Shown here one piece after another: positions 38,586-47,637 of a stretch of DNA of 64,000 nucleotides (positions are counted from its first letter, which is position 1; each line of letters opens with the position of its first letter). Made by a program: the position numbers and the translations under genes. The notes beneath the pieces are model-generated. The model searched no databases. It worked only from the letters and a program-made list of their open reading frames with translations, and was not told the origin of the DNA. Location of the stretch: the IMG/VR virus record IMGVR_UViG_3300035698_010959, one strand, 5' to 3'. The stretch comes from a virus.

Positions 38586-38710
38586 GATGTTATCTTTTTC
38601 TATAATCTTTTTTAGATTATGATTAAGATAAGAGTTATAGACTATTTGGTTTTGAGATAGTCTAGTTTTAATTTCTTTTGTTTTGCTATATTTAAATTAG
38701 CTAGTTTATG

Positions 38711-39424
38711 CTATATGTGTACATCTGTTATTGGATAAACTGTAGTGTTAAAGTATGAGGTATAAGCATAGTCGTGGTAATTTTTTGGATAAGATATATT
38801 TGGTATAGATTTATATATAGCTATATACTTTGTTATTCCTTTTTCCATATCTTCTTCTTTGTAGTAAGGTTCTAGTTTCATAGTATCTACCATATTTTCT
38901 ACTATGTTTCCATCTTGTTTATAGCCTTTTGTAGTTGATAGTCTTATTTTAATTTGTATCATCTCATTTTCAAAAGATTCTATGGACCAAGGGCTGTGTA
39001 TTATTATATAATGTTTTGGTTTTCCAATAAGTATAAGTGGAGAAAAAGCCATTATTGAATTAATTGGAGTGATTTGACCTTCTTCTTTTTTCCACATAGC
39101 TTTTAGTGAGTTTGTTCCACAGCTAAGTCTTTCTATAAACTCTATTAAAAATCTGTTTAAACTACCATTGTCTAACATTTCTTTTTTGGATATCAATGCT
39201 CCATATGTTTCTTTTTTTAGCATAAATTGAGAGGTAGGATGAGGGTGTGATGGTAAGTTAATTGAATAAGAGTGTTGCCAAGTATCTGCTGATACAGGCT
39301 CTATTGTTGTAGGAATTATTACAACTTTGTTACCTACTGACGTATTTAGAATATAAGGTTTTTCATTAATTACCTTAGTATAATTGAATATAGCTTCATT
39401 TGTGTAGTCTATGGTTGTATTCAT
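38711..39424 (-). CDS. hypothetical protein
   Basis: 237 aa ORF. Confidence 0.6.
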   Translation of the reverse strand: MNTTIDYTNEAIFNYTKVINEKPYILNTSVGNKVVIIPTTIEPVSADTWQHSYSINLPSHPHPTSQFMLKKETYGALISKKEMLDNGSLNRFLIEFIERLSCGTNSLKAMWKKEEGQITPINSIMAFSPLILIGKPKHYIIIHSPWSIESFENEMIQIKIRLSTTKGYKQDGNIVENMVDTMKLEPYYKEEDMEKGITKYIAIYKSIPNISYPKNYHDYAYTSYFNTTVYPITDVHI

Positions 39425-39426
39425 TA

Positions 39427-39885
39427 CTATATTATATGCTCTTGCTTTAGTTTTACTTCTAGCATTCTTTGATATGTACTTGTTAGTATTTCTTGAAATA
39501 TACTATTTCTAAAGTTCTTTTTTGTTCCAAAAGGAATATAAGATACATCCATAAATCCAGCTGCTGCTAAGTGTTGTCCCATACTTACTGATGCTGGATA
39601 ATTTAGAGAATGTATTATAAACTCTACTTTTAGATTTTCTGGTGTATAGTTATTTACTATATACTTTACTACAGTTGTTCCGCAGTTTTCATCTTCAGTT
39701 GAAACATAGACTCTACCTCCGAGGTCATGGTCAAGATATATTGTACTCCATTCTTTTTTTGGTAGTATATCTATACATTCTTGAGCAGTCTTTACCCATG
39801 TAGCATTTGGATATTGTTTTAAGAATATATCCCCTCTTGTTACATCATCATCTAGAAATAAAATAGAGTTACTAGTTGTATTCAT
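39427..39885 (-). CDS. cyclic-phosphate processing receiver (cREC)-like protein
   Basis: ILFLDDDVTR, WVKT, YLDHDLG, IIHSLN. Confidence 0.78.
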   Translation of the reverse strand: MNTTSNSILFLDDDVTRGDIFLKQYPNATWVKTAQECIDILPKKEWSTIYLDHDLGGRVYVSTEDENCGTTVVKYIVNNYTPENLKVEFIIHSLNYPASVSMGQHLAAAGFMDVSYIPFGTKKNFRNSIFQEILTSTYQRMLEVKLKQEHII

Positions 39886-39939
39886 TAGTCTTTATTATCC
39901 TCCTTCTTTCTATATTATAGTATATTTCTATAATTTTTT

Positions 39940-40260
39940 CTAGTAAATAATATCCATTTTAGAGCTTGCTTGTACTACAGATATGTTTGCAAATGAGTTT
40001 GCGTTTATTTTTATTTCTTGGTCTAACTTAATATCTATTATTGTTGCAGATGAATGATAGACAGTAATACACCCCCGTGAGTCTTTAAATCCTTTTTTTG
40101 TTGCTGTATAGTTATATGTACCTGGCTCCATTTCTATTATTGGAGCATTTCCTCTTATTCCTGTTGTTAATAGATTTGATGCACATTGTATTGTTATATT
40201 ATCTATAGGTGTTCCATTGTTATCATGTGCTGAAAAGAAACAATATCCAATATCTAACAT
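39940..40260 (-). CDS. PEGA/carboxypeptidase-regulatory-like beta-sandwich protein
   Basis: AAGGAG RBS before ATG 40260; EPGTYNYTATKKGF. Confidence 0.6.
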   Translation of the reverse strand: MLDIGYCFFSAHDNNGTPIDNITIQCASNLLTTGIRGNAPIIEMEPGTYNYTATKKGFKDSRGCITVYHSSATIIDIKLDQEIKINANSFANISVVQASSKMDIIY

Positions 40261-40273
40261 TTTTTGCTCCTTC

Positions 40274-40426
40274 TTATACAATTCTATCTTTGCCTTTAGG
40301 TTTAGATAGAAATTTTCTATAGTTACAATGCTTACACATATATGTTTGTAGATACACATTGTAACCTATGTTGTTACCACATTTAGGACACAATATTGGT
40401 TGTGGGTAGGAGGATGTATTATTCAT
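40274..40426 (-). CDS. zinc-ribbon protein (50 aa, not in ORF track)
   Basis: MNNTSSYPQPILCPKCGNNIGYNVYLQTYMCKHCNY. Confidence 0.6.
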   Translation of the reverse strand: MNNTSSYPQPILCPKCGNNIGYNVYLQTYMCKHCNYRKFLSKPKGKDRIV

Positions 40427-40604
40427 GTAGTTTTTCTTTTAGACTATCTAGTGTGGTTTTTCTTGTTACATTTGCTGTATGTGTTATAGTTCCTCCTTTT
40501 AGTAATACTTTTGACCAACTTACTACACTGAAGTTTTTTATTGTATATACTATTATATTTTTACATTTATTAGCAGCTATGTCGATTTTTATATTATCCC
40601 ACAT
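40419..40604 (-). CDS. hypothetical protein
   Basis: ATG at 40604 after AGAAGG; fills the gap. Confidence 0.4.
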   Translation of the reverse strand: MWDNIKIDIAANKCKNIIVYTIKNFSVVSWSKVLLKGGTITHTANVTRKTTLDSLKEKLHE

Positions 40605-40639
40605 ACCTTCTATTGCTCTATTTAATTGGTGTTCTGTTA

Positions 40640-43171
40640 TTATGTGAATATTAGTATTCCTCCTGTATGTGGTGGAAGTGTTACAGTATTTCCTGAGTCC
40701 CAGGTTCCTGTTCCGTATGCGTCTCTGCAATCGTTAGTAGCTGTCCATGTTTTATTTGTAGCATAACTATTTGCTAAGACAATTCCATTTGTGGCTGTTC
40801 GTTTTTGGAAAGCGTCTTTCCCTTCAGTTACTGCTACTGCTGTTGATGTCCAGGTTCCTAGACTTGCTAAAGGCGTATAGTCTAAGTAAATTGTTTCCGA
40901 GTTGGTTCCTGGTATATATTTTGCCATTCCAAGACTTGTATATGCGTTTTCTCCAAGTAGATAGCTTGCTAATCCAAAATATGCCCAACCTTGTTTTGGG
41001 TAGTTTGGATTATCTGCAACTATTGCTGGGTCTATGGCTGGATCCTTCAGTTTTACATACATATTTAAATACTGTGGACGTGTATTTGTTTCATTCCATT
41101 GCTCAATTGTGTGCATATCATTGATACAATCTACCCAATATCCAGAGGCATAGCTTCCACTAACTACTGTATTTGATGTTGTTGCTATAGTAATTGCTGT
41201 TGCTGTTGTTGTTATTAAATCAAGATTGTGTGCTGGAAGTGCTGTAAAACTTACCTCTGTTCCACCATTTACATAGTTTAAACTTTCTAGGTATGGGTAG
41301 TTCATAATAAACCCATTTTCCATGGCAGAGTATATTGATAGAGCTATTGCGTCATCATCTTGTGATGTTGGTATCATTTCAAAAAACCCACCAGATGCTC
41401 CTGTTCCATCAGTAAATTCACACTTATATACACTAGGTATATCTCCAATATCTAGGTAAATTTTATCTCCTGTTCCATCATTATTTGAGCCTAGAGTTAC
41501 TGTACCATTTACTGAAAAACTTGCTGAGTCAACTACAGCATAGTTACTAAATGCAATTTCATTTGATGTTCCATCTGTTGAGTTGTCTGCTGTATTGGCT
41601 GTATATCCGTCTGATGCTGGGTATGTTGCTGTTGGTACCCAGTTTTGTTTGACTAATAGTTCATCTGTTGAACTAACATCTGATATGTTTTCACCATAAG
41701 CATTTCTCCAAACATAATAACCAAGAGCATGTGCTGAGGTACATAGTGATTTTATCATGTTTTGTGTCATCCACGCCAGTCTTTCTGGCTGTAATATAAG
41801 GCCAGAAGAAGTATATTCTGTTAATACGGTAGTATCATCTACAAACATATACGTATAGGTATGACGTTGTAGTTTTTCTAATATTGGAGGTATGGATGCG
41901 TTTATGTATTCACTATTATCAAAGTTTGTGTAATAACTAGTTGGATATGATCCGAAATAAACAAAACCAGATACACCAAGCCCTCCCGATATTAACCATT
42001 CTGGATTGTTATTTGCTACATCATAGAAACCTAATGTATTAGGCATAGCTGGTAAATTATCGTTTTCAGCGTCTATTAAAGCTTGTGCTGTTGCTATTAT
42101 TACTCTTCCTGGTGTAATATACATCATATATTTACAATTTGGATTATAGTAATTTAGTCTTTGTTTTTTAGTGTCTTGTCCAATGGAGGAAAAAGCCATA
42201 AATGAACTATTTAGTGATGCTTGTTTATAGATATCAATGCAAGCTGAAGTAAAGCTTGCAATATTATATGGAGATCCATTCCCAGTAGATGGTATATTTA
42301 CCATTATTCTACTTCCATCACGTACTACATATACATGTATGTTATCTATATATATTCCAAAATCTGCTGTGGACGGCGTTGTCCCTGAATAGCTAATATA
42401 AGTACTTGCATATATTGGTAAGGGGTTAGTTGTTCCTGTAATAGTAAGTGTAGTTGACAGTGATTGTGTCTCTGTAGAAGTTATATCTGCATAAGCATAT
42501 TCTGAGGTTTGATTATCGGCAGGTAAGGTAGCTAGGGTAGCTAGTCTTATATATATCTTTGGATCTATTATTCCTGGTATATTTTCTAGATTTTCAGAAA
42601 TCTTTAAATGATCAACTACAAGTTCTAGTGTATCATCTCTTCCACACCATGTTGGATATGCGGTACTAGCAGTATTTGATAGATTTGTTATTAGTGTACC
42701 ATAGGGTAAAACTAGCCCTATCCAACTACTACCTGTTGTTGCTCCAGTTATACCAAAGTATTGTGCAACTGTTCCACTTACACCTTCTCCATCTGCTAAT
42801 TGGTATTTTATGTTTCCAGTTGGGTGTATAGTGGCACTTGAACGTCTACACCATCCAACTCCAGTTTCATCTGTTGTTCCAGATAATACAAATCCACAAT
42901 TTAGTTGTGCAATATCGTCAGACATTGGATATGTCCATATTTCTTTTGGATTTGCTGTATAGTCAAGCCCTGTAACTGGATCTGTTACTATGTTTGTATA
43001 GTAAGATGTCCAGTCTACATATGTACCTGCTACTGTAAAATTTCCAATTCCTCCTAATAAATCTAAAGGTACTTGTGCTGTTGTTGTAGCAGTAGGAAGA
43101 GTTTCTCCAACATCTTGTCCTAGAGTTATATTTATATGTGTTGGTATATTTGGATAAGTATAGCTTGTCAT
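40640..43171 (-). CDS. large Thr-rich protein with GHL15-like putative glycoside hydrolase C-terminus
   Basis: FGLASYLLG...LG...QKRTATNGIVLAN...VTLPPHTGGIL; YMFVDD. Confidence 0.6.
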   Translation of the reverse strand: MTSYTYPNIPTHINITLGQDVGETLPTATTTAQVPLDLLGGIGNFTVAGTYVDWTSYYTNIVTDPVTGLDYTANPKEIWTYPMSDDIAQLNCGFVLSGTTDETGVGWCRRSSATIHPTGNIKYQLADGEGVSGTVAQYFGITGATTGSSWIGLVLPYGTLITNLSNTASTAYPTWCGRDDTLELVVDHLKISENLENIPGIIDPKIYIRLATLATLPADNQTSEYAYADITSTETQSLSTTLTITGTTNPLPIYASTYISYSGTTPSTADFGIYIDNIHVYVVRDGSRIMVNIPSTGNGSPYNIASFTSACIDIYKQASLNSSFMAFSSIGQDTKKQRLNYYNPNCKYMMYITPGRVIIATAQALIDAENDNLPAMPNTLGFYDVANNNPEWLISGGLGVSGFVYFGSYPTSYYTNFDNSEYINASIPPILEKLQRHTYTYMFVDDTTVLTEYTSSGLILQPERLAWMTQNMIKSLCTSAHALGYYVWRNAYGENISDVSSTDELLVKQNWVPTATYPASDGYTANTADNSTDGTSNEIAFSNYAVVDSASFSVNGTVTLGSNNDGTGDKIYLDIGDIPSVYKCEFTDGTGASGGFFEMIPTSQDDDAIALSIYSAMENGFIMNYPYLESLNYVNGGTEVSFTALPAHNLDLITTTATAITIATTSNTVVSGSYASGYWVDCINDMHTIEQWNETNTRPQYLNMYVKLKDPAIDPAIVADNPNYPKQGWAYFGLASYLLGENAYTSLGMAKYIPGTNSETIYLDYTPLASLGTWTSTAVAVTEGKDAFQKRTATNGIVLANSYATNKTWTATNDCRDAYGTGTWDSGNTVTLPPHTGGILIFT

Positions 43172-43228
43172 TATATGTATGTAATCCTGTAGAGGTAGGT
43201 AGATGTGTCGTGCGTGTCATGTGGAAGA

Positions 43229-43304
43229 TGGCTCCTCGACCTGGAATCGAACCAGGACTACCTCGATTAACAGTCGAGTGCTTTGCCAATTAAGCTATCG
43301 AGGA
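43229..43304 (-). tRNA. tRNA-Asn(GTT)
   Basis: Anticodon arm CTCGA-CTGTTAA-TCGAG; TTCGATT; G73 plus CCA. Confidence 0.95.
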
Positions 43305-43337
43305 GCGCGTATATCTTTATTATGGAGAATGGATGGT

Positions 43338-43940
43338 TTATATAGCTTTGTTTAGCATTGCTGCTATTTCTTTAGCTCTTAAATACTCTGTTACAGTTGT
43401 AGCTGCTTCTTGTGCTACTTGTAGATTTATCATGATAAATCCAGCTATAATTGGAGTATTTCCCTTCTTCATGAAGCCACCATTTGGTGTTTTATCTGCT
43501 TCAAATATCTCTAATGAAAACTGTATAGCAGGTCCTATACGAAGAGGATTACCATCCTTATCTTTATCCTTGTATTCTATTTTTAGAGTTCTAGAAATAA
43601 ATGGTATGTCTGGTTGTTTTACTGCCGCGCCTGTTCCTCCTCCAAAATTTTCTAATACTATTCCTTGCTTTAATGTGCCATTTAACATCTTATGAAAAAA
43701 TGCTCTAGCTTTTGCTATAGGTAAAAAGTGCTGTATATGTTTTGATGGTTTATTACCACTTGGATCATATTCAGTTAAACTTAGTACAAGCTTTCCTTCA
43801 CTTAGTTCATCTTTGGTTAATTCAAATTCTCCAAGATGTGAGAAATCCATTACTCTTCCAGCAGATTTACTTTGTGTATTTACTTTAGTAATTACTGTTC
43901 TTCGTTGTTGCTGTTGTGGTTGTTCTTGATTATTTGACAT
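43338..43940 (-). CDS. hypothetical protein
   Basis: GAAGGA RBS before ATG 43940; own promoter. Confidence 0.7.
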   Translation of the reverse strand: MSNNQEQPQQQQRRTVITKVNTQSKSAGRVMDFSHLGEFELTKDELSEGKLVLSLTEYDPSGNKPSKHIQHFLPIAKARAFFHKMLNGTLKQGIVLENFGGGTGAAVKQPDIPFISRTLKIEYKDKDKDGNPLRIGPAIQFSLEIFEADKTPNGGFMKKGNTPIIAGFIMINLQVAQEAATTVTEYLRAKEIAAMLNKAI

Positions 43941-44029
43941 GGTTTCTTTTCCTTCTAAATGGATTTCCTTTTTTAATTGGAAATACATTCTAATATTTGT
44001 CAGGCTATTAGATGCCTTTACTATTATAT

Positions 44030-44058
44030 ATTATAGCATATTTTATCATTTTTTTCAA
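44030..44058 (-). promoter_or_regulatory. sigma70/sigmaA promoter with extended -10
   Basis: TTGAAA-17 bp-TATAAT with TG at -15/-14 and A-rich upstream. Confidence 0.7.
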
Positions 44059-44075
44059 GTTTTTTATTTGTCAAA

Positions 44076-45215
44076 TTAAGAACTCCATTCGGATTGAACG
44101 TAAGTTAGTAATGGAGTACTACCAGCTGATTGCTGTGTTAGTGCTAATTCTACTTTCTTTCCTGATCCACCATTTACTGTTTTTGATATATACGCAAGAG
44201 CTGCTGGTGATTTTCCAAATAAAGTATATGTTGGACTGTTGTATGTTGAGTCTGCTACTGTAGGGGCAAAGTTTACATTTAAAGAGCTAGTTGCTGAGAA
44301 GTCTAACATCTTTAATTCTAATTTTGTAAATCCCCAATACAAGCTAGATGCGTCTACTATACGTAGTCGTATTCGTATTTCTGAGATATCCGTTGCTGGA
44401 AAAAGTAGTCTTGTATTTCCAATTAAAGGTACTGTTGCTCCATTATAGCCTGGTAAATAAGCTAAATCACAAGAGATCCAAGATCCAAGTAAGTTTTTAT
44501 ATTCTACTGATACAAGTGTATGTGTAAGCGTTGGAAACGGATGTAATATTATTGTATTTGCTAAAGCATTTGTAAATACCTCTGCTGGTATTTTTGCTTT
44601 TATCCATACGTCACATGTTTCTGAAACTTCTCTTGTCCATGCTGTATCTAATCTTTGGTCTAGACAATAGATATAATTATCATCATATAAATATTCATAT
44701 TCTTGTGGTACAATTGTGGCTGCAGGTGTACTTACGTAACCTATACTAGAAGAATCTGGTATCCAAATATCTCCATTTGAATCTTCTGTTACTAGCTTGT
44801 CTTGTGTGTTTGTTATGTTTAGAGTTGCTTGTCCATATGTAAGATTTACATCTGCTGAAGTTGCTGATGTATCTGTTGGAGGAGATATTCCTTCTAGTGT
44901 ATACATATCTACTATTGTAGTATTGTAGGTTGTTCCAAGACCAGAAGCTAAGGTTGTTAATGACGTATTTAGAGATGTTATTTTTGAAGCAAGGGCGGTG
45001 GATTGTGCTGTGAATATGTTATTTGATATTGCTATTGCTGTCTCTAACTTAGCTATTCGTGATGTCAATGTTAGTAGATCACTTCGTAGATTATCATTCA
45101 TACTTTGTATTATATCTGAACTTGATTGTCCACCACGATTAATAGTTGGATTGTTTGCTGTTTCTATTAGATTATGTGCTGATCTTAGCATATTAGTATA
45201 TGATTCTCCTTGCAA
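44076..45215 (-). CDS. virion structural protein (paralog family I)
   Basis: N-term coiled coil, TSADVNLTYGQATL, DQRLDTAW, C-term STPLLTY. Confidence 0.65.
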   Translation of the reverse strand: MQGESYTNMLRSAHNLIETANNPTINRGGQSSSDIIQSMNDNLRSDLLTLTSRIAKLETAIAISNNIFTAQSTALASKITSLNTSLTTLASGLGTTYNTTIVDMYTLEGISPPTDTSATSADVNLTYGQATLNITNTQDKLVTEDSNGDIWIPDSSSIGYVSTPAATIVPQEYEYLYDDNYIYCLDQRLDTAWTREVSETCDVWIKAKIPAEVFTNALANTIILHPFPTLTHTLVSVEYKNLLGSWISCDLAYLPGYNGATVPLIGNTRLLFPATDISEIRIRLRIVDASSLYWGFTKLELKMLDFSATSSLNVNFAPTVADSTYNSPTYTLFGKSPAALAYISKTVNGGSGKKVELALTQQSAGSTPLLTYVQSEWSS

Positions 45216-45429
45216 AGCCTACGAGCAGTTTTGCTTTTTGCAGTGCTGCCTGATATGTTGTATCTAAAGTTGTAAAATTACTTGGAATTTGTGTTTCATA
45301 AGAGTTTTCTAATCCAGCTGTTGATCTTACTAGTTTTGTTAAGTCACTTACTGAAGCACCTAATTGAACTACAAATTTTCTAGATTCTCTTAATCCTCTA
45401 TATCTAAAGTTTACTGGTGGTGTTTGCAT
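45193..45429 (-). CDS. small structural-module protein
   Basis: NFRYRGLRESRKF; coupled within the operon. Confidence 0.55.
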   Translation of the reverse strand: MQTPPVNFRYRGLRESRKFVVQLGASVSDLTKLVRSTAGLENSYETQIPSNFTTLDTTYQAALQKAKLLVGFARRIIY

Positions 45430-45440
45430 TTGATGTTTTC

Positions 45441-47630
45441 CTAATTTAAGTAAAGTGTATAACCATATAGTTTTGGTGTTGTATTTACTTCTGATGTTTT
45501 TGAAAGTTCAAACTTTAATCTTATGGCATTTAACATATCTTCACTACTTCTATTGAAATTTAGATGTAATACTGGTTTCATTGGAAGGTTTATTCCATCT
45601 AATACTGCTGAACTTTGTGTTGGATCAAAGTTTAGTAATACTTTCCAAGAAGAGTTTGGGTCTAGTCTACTTGCCCATGCCCAATAATCTTTTGATCCAA
45701 GAGGTATAGAATACTTTAGCTCAAATTCTGATATATTTTTTTGATATCCATATGTAGCTTGTACTTTATAAGACGTTGTATCAAATCCTAGTATGTTTGG
45801 TCTAAAGTATAATCCAACTGCTGATGTTGCTAATCCTGTTTGATCAACATCAGTAGCCCCTATTCCTGGAAAATACATATATATTTCTAACTTATTCCAT
45901 CCTTTTTTAAATGAGTATGTAGCCGTATAGTCATTTATCCCTACACTTTCTAAGTTTGTAAATGAAGTTTTTGAATATAGTATAGATCTATCATTTAAAT
46001 ATATATGGAAAGGAGCAACAACTGGAGAACCTGTTCCGCCATATACAGCTGGATTATATACTAGACATGGTTGTTCTATTAATAACATATCTGATGGAGT
46101 ATGTATATATGATGTAAATCTATAGTTTCCTCCAGAGGTTAATAGTGTATTTCCTGCTCCATCCAACAAACCAACTACTAACCATTCAGCTGTTCCAGTT
46201 GTTTGTTCTGCTACTTCACACATCATGTTTTTTGCTACTGACATGCATGCCCCATCGCTTATTGCGTCTGATGTAGCTGCTGTGGATATTGGAGTAAAGT
46301 ATCCTTGTAATGCGTTTATCCTATTGTCCCAGTCTGCTTTTGATGGTACATGATTTGGATCTCCTTCATCATTCCATGTATAATTGAAATACTCTACAAG
46401 GAATTGTCTATTTCCTTTTGTAAGTGCTTCTGTTCCTATTAGTACATTACTTCCAGCAATTAGTGAAGAATATAATGGTACAGGTGTACTTGCGTCTATA
46501 GTTACAAAGTCTTTTTTATCTAGTTGTATACTTTGTGATAGTATTGATGCTAATACTACTGGGTTTGTATCTATTCTTATCCAGTTTTGTGGCAAGTTAA
46601 TATCATCTGCTGTTATGTATGCTTTTATATCTGTGCCTTTTGGAAGATAAGTATCTACAGATATCTCAGCCATTTGAATAGGAACTTTTGTATTAGATAC
46701 ATCTAAAGCATTTAATGTAATTGTTTCTACTACCGCATTGTTGGCAAAGTTTATAACTAGCGGTTTTATTTGACGTATACCTACATCTTGTCCAGTTATA
46801 AATATCTTAAAGTAATTTGCCTGTATTGTATCAAATGACCAGGTTTTTGGTGTATTTATATCTCCTGCTAGCAGTGAGTAGAAATTAAATCCATCATTTG
46901 ACCATTCTATTTTAATGTTTAGAGATGTAAGCGGGTCTACATAAAACCCATTTATGGTTTGTAATGTATTTGATATACGTATTGTTGCTATGTATGTATT
47001 ATCGTTTAAAACCGCTTGCCATGCTGTGTTTTGAAAGCTTGTAAGTATATCATAAAAACTACCATATTGTTCTATACCTTGTGGTAAAAGTGTTTCTATT
47101 ATTTCTGTGTTTGATAAATCTATTGGTGAGAGCGTAGATATCGCTCTTGGTAGAATAGCGGCTCCTTCATCTAAGTCTAGTTCTGCTGTGGTTTCTAATA
47201 GGTCTATACTATCTGTGCTTACAAGTGTATCATAGAATGTATACCTTACTCCTTTAGAAAAGAAACTTAATAGTCTTTCTATATTTTGATTTATTTTTTG
47301 TAGTCTTCTTCTTAGAAAAGAGTGCTTTGATGAAAATGATTGATAATGAGTTAAAGCTTTTTCTGCCGAGTTTACTATCTCTTCATACAATACTGTAGTA
47401 TCATCAGCCAGCTCTGTATAGGTATCATATATGTCTGTTCCGTTTTCTCCCCCTACTCGTGTTCCTCTAACAGCTGGTCTGAGTGTAGTTGTAGGTGTTC
47501 CCCATATCTTACCTACTAGTTTTCTACCTGCTTCATTTATTAAAGTTTGTATAGATGGAACTATACCTTTTTGAAGATGTTTCTTTAATACTACATCTAA
47601 TAGATATTTTTTTTGTCTAGTGCCTATCAT
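45441..47630 (-). CDS. virion structural protein (family I)
   Basis: DDTTVLYEEI, TTAELDLDEGAAILP, C-term TTPKLYGY. Confidence 0.65.
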   Translation of the reverse strand: MIGTRQKKYLLDVVLKKHLQKGIVPSIQTLINEAGRKLVGKIWGTPTTTLRPAVRGTRVGGENGTDIYDTYTELADDTTVLYEEIVNSAEKALTHYQSFSSKHSFLRRRLQKINQNIERLLSFFSKGVRYTFYDTLVSTDSIDLLETTAELDLDEGAAILPRAISTLSPIDLSNTEIIETLLPQGIEQYGSFYDILTSFQNTAWQAVLNDNTYIATIRISNTLQTINGFYVDPLTSLNIKIEWSNDGFNFYSLLAGDINTPKTWSFDTIQANYFKIFITGQDVGIRQIKPLVINFANNAVVETITLNALDVSNTKVPIQMAEISVDTYLPKGTDIKAYITADDINLPQNWIRIDTNPVVLASILSQSIQLDKKDFVTIDASTPVPLYSSLIAGSNVLIGTEALTKGNRQFLVEYFNYTWNDEGDPNHVPSKADWDNRINALQGYFTPISTAATSDAISDGACMSVAKNMMCEVAEQTTGTAEWLVVGLLDGAGNTLLTSGGNYRFTSYIHTPSDMLLIEQPCLVYNPAVYGGTGSPVVAPFHIYLNDRSILYSKTSFTNLESVGINDYTATYSFKKGWNKLEIYMYFPGIGATDVDQTGLATSAVGLYFRPNILGFDTTSYKVQATYGYQKNISEFELKYSIPLGSKDYWAWASRLDPNSSWKVLLNFDPTQSSAVLDGINLPMKPVLHLNFNRSSEDMLNAIRLKFELSKTSEVNTTPKLYGYTLYLN

Positions 47631-47637
47631 AATAATC

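Noticed and set aside
38630-38670. TAGACTAT...ATAGTCTA inverted repeat as terminator
   Set aside because: Short, AT-rich, with a large loop; not enough support
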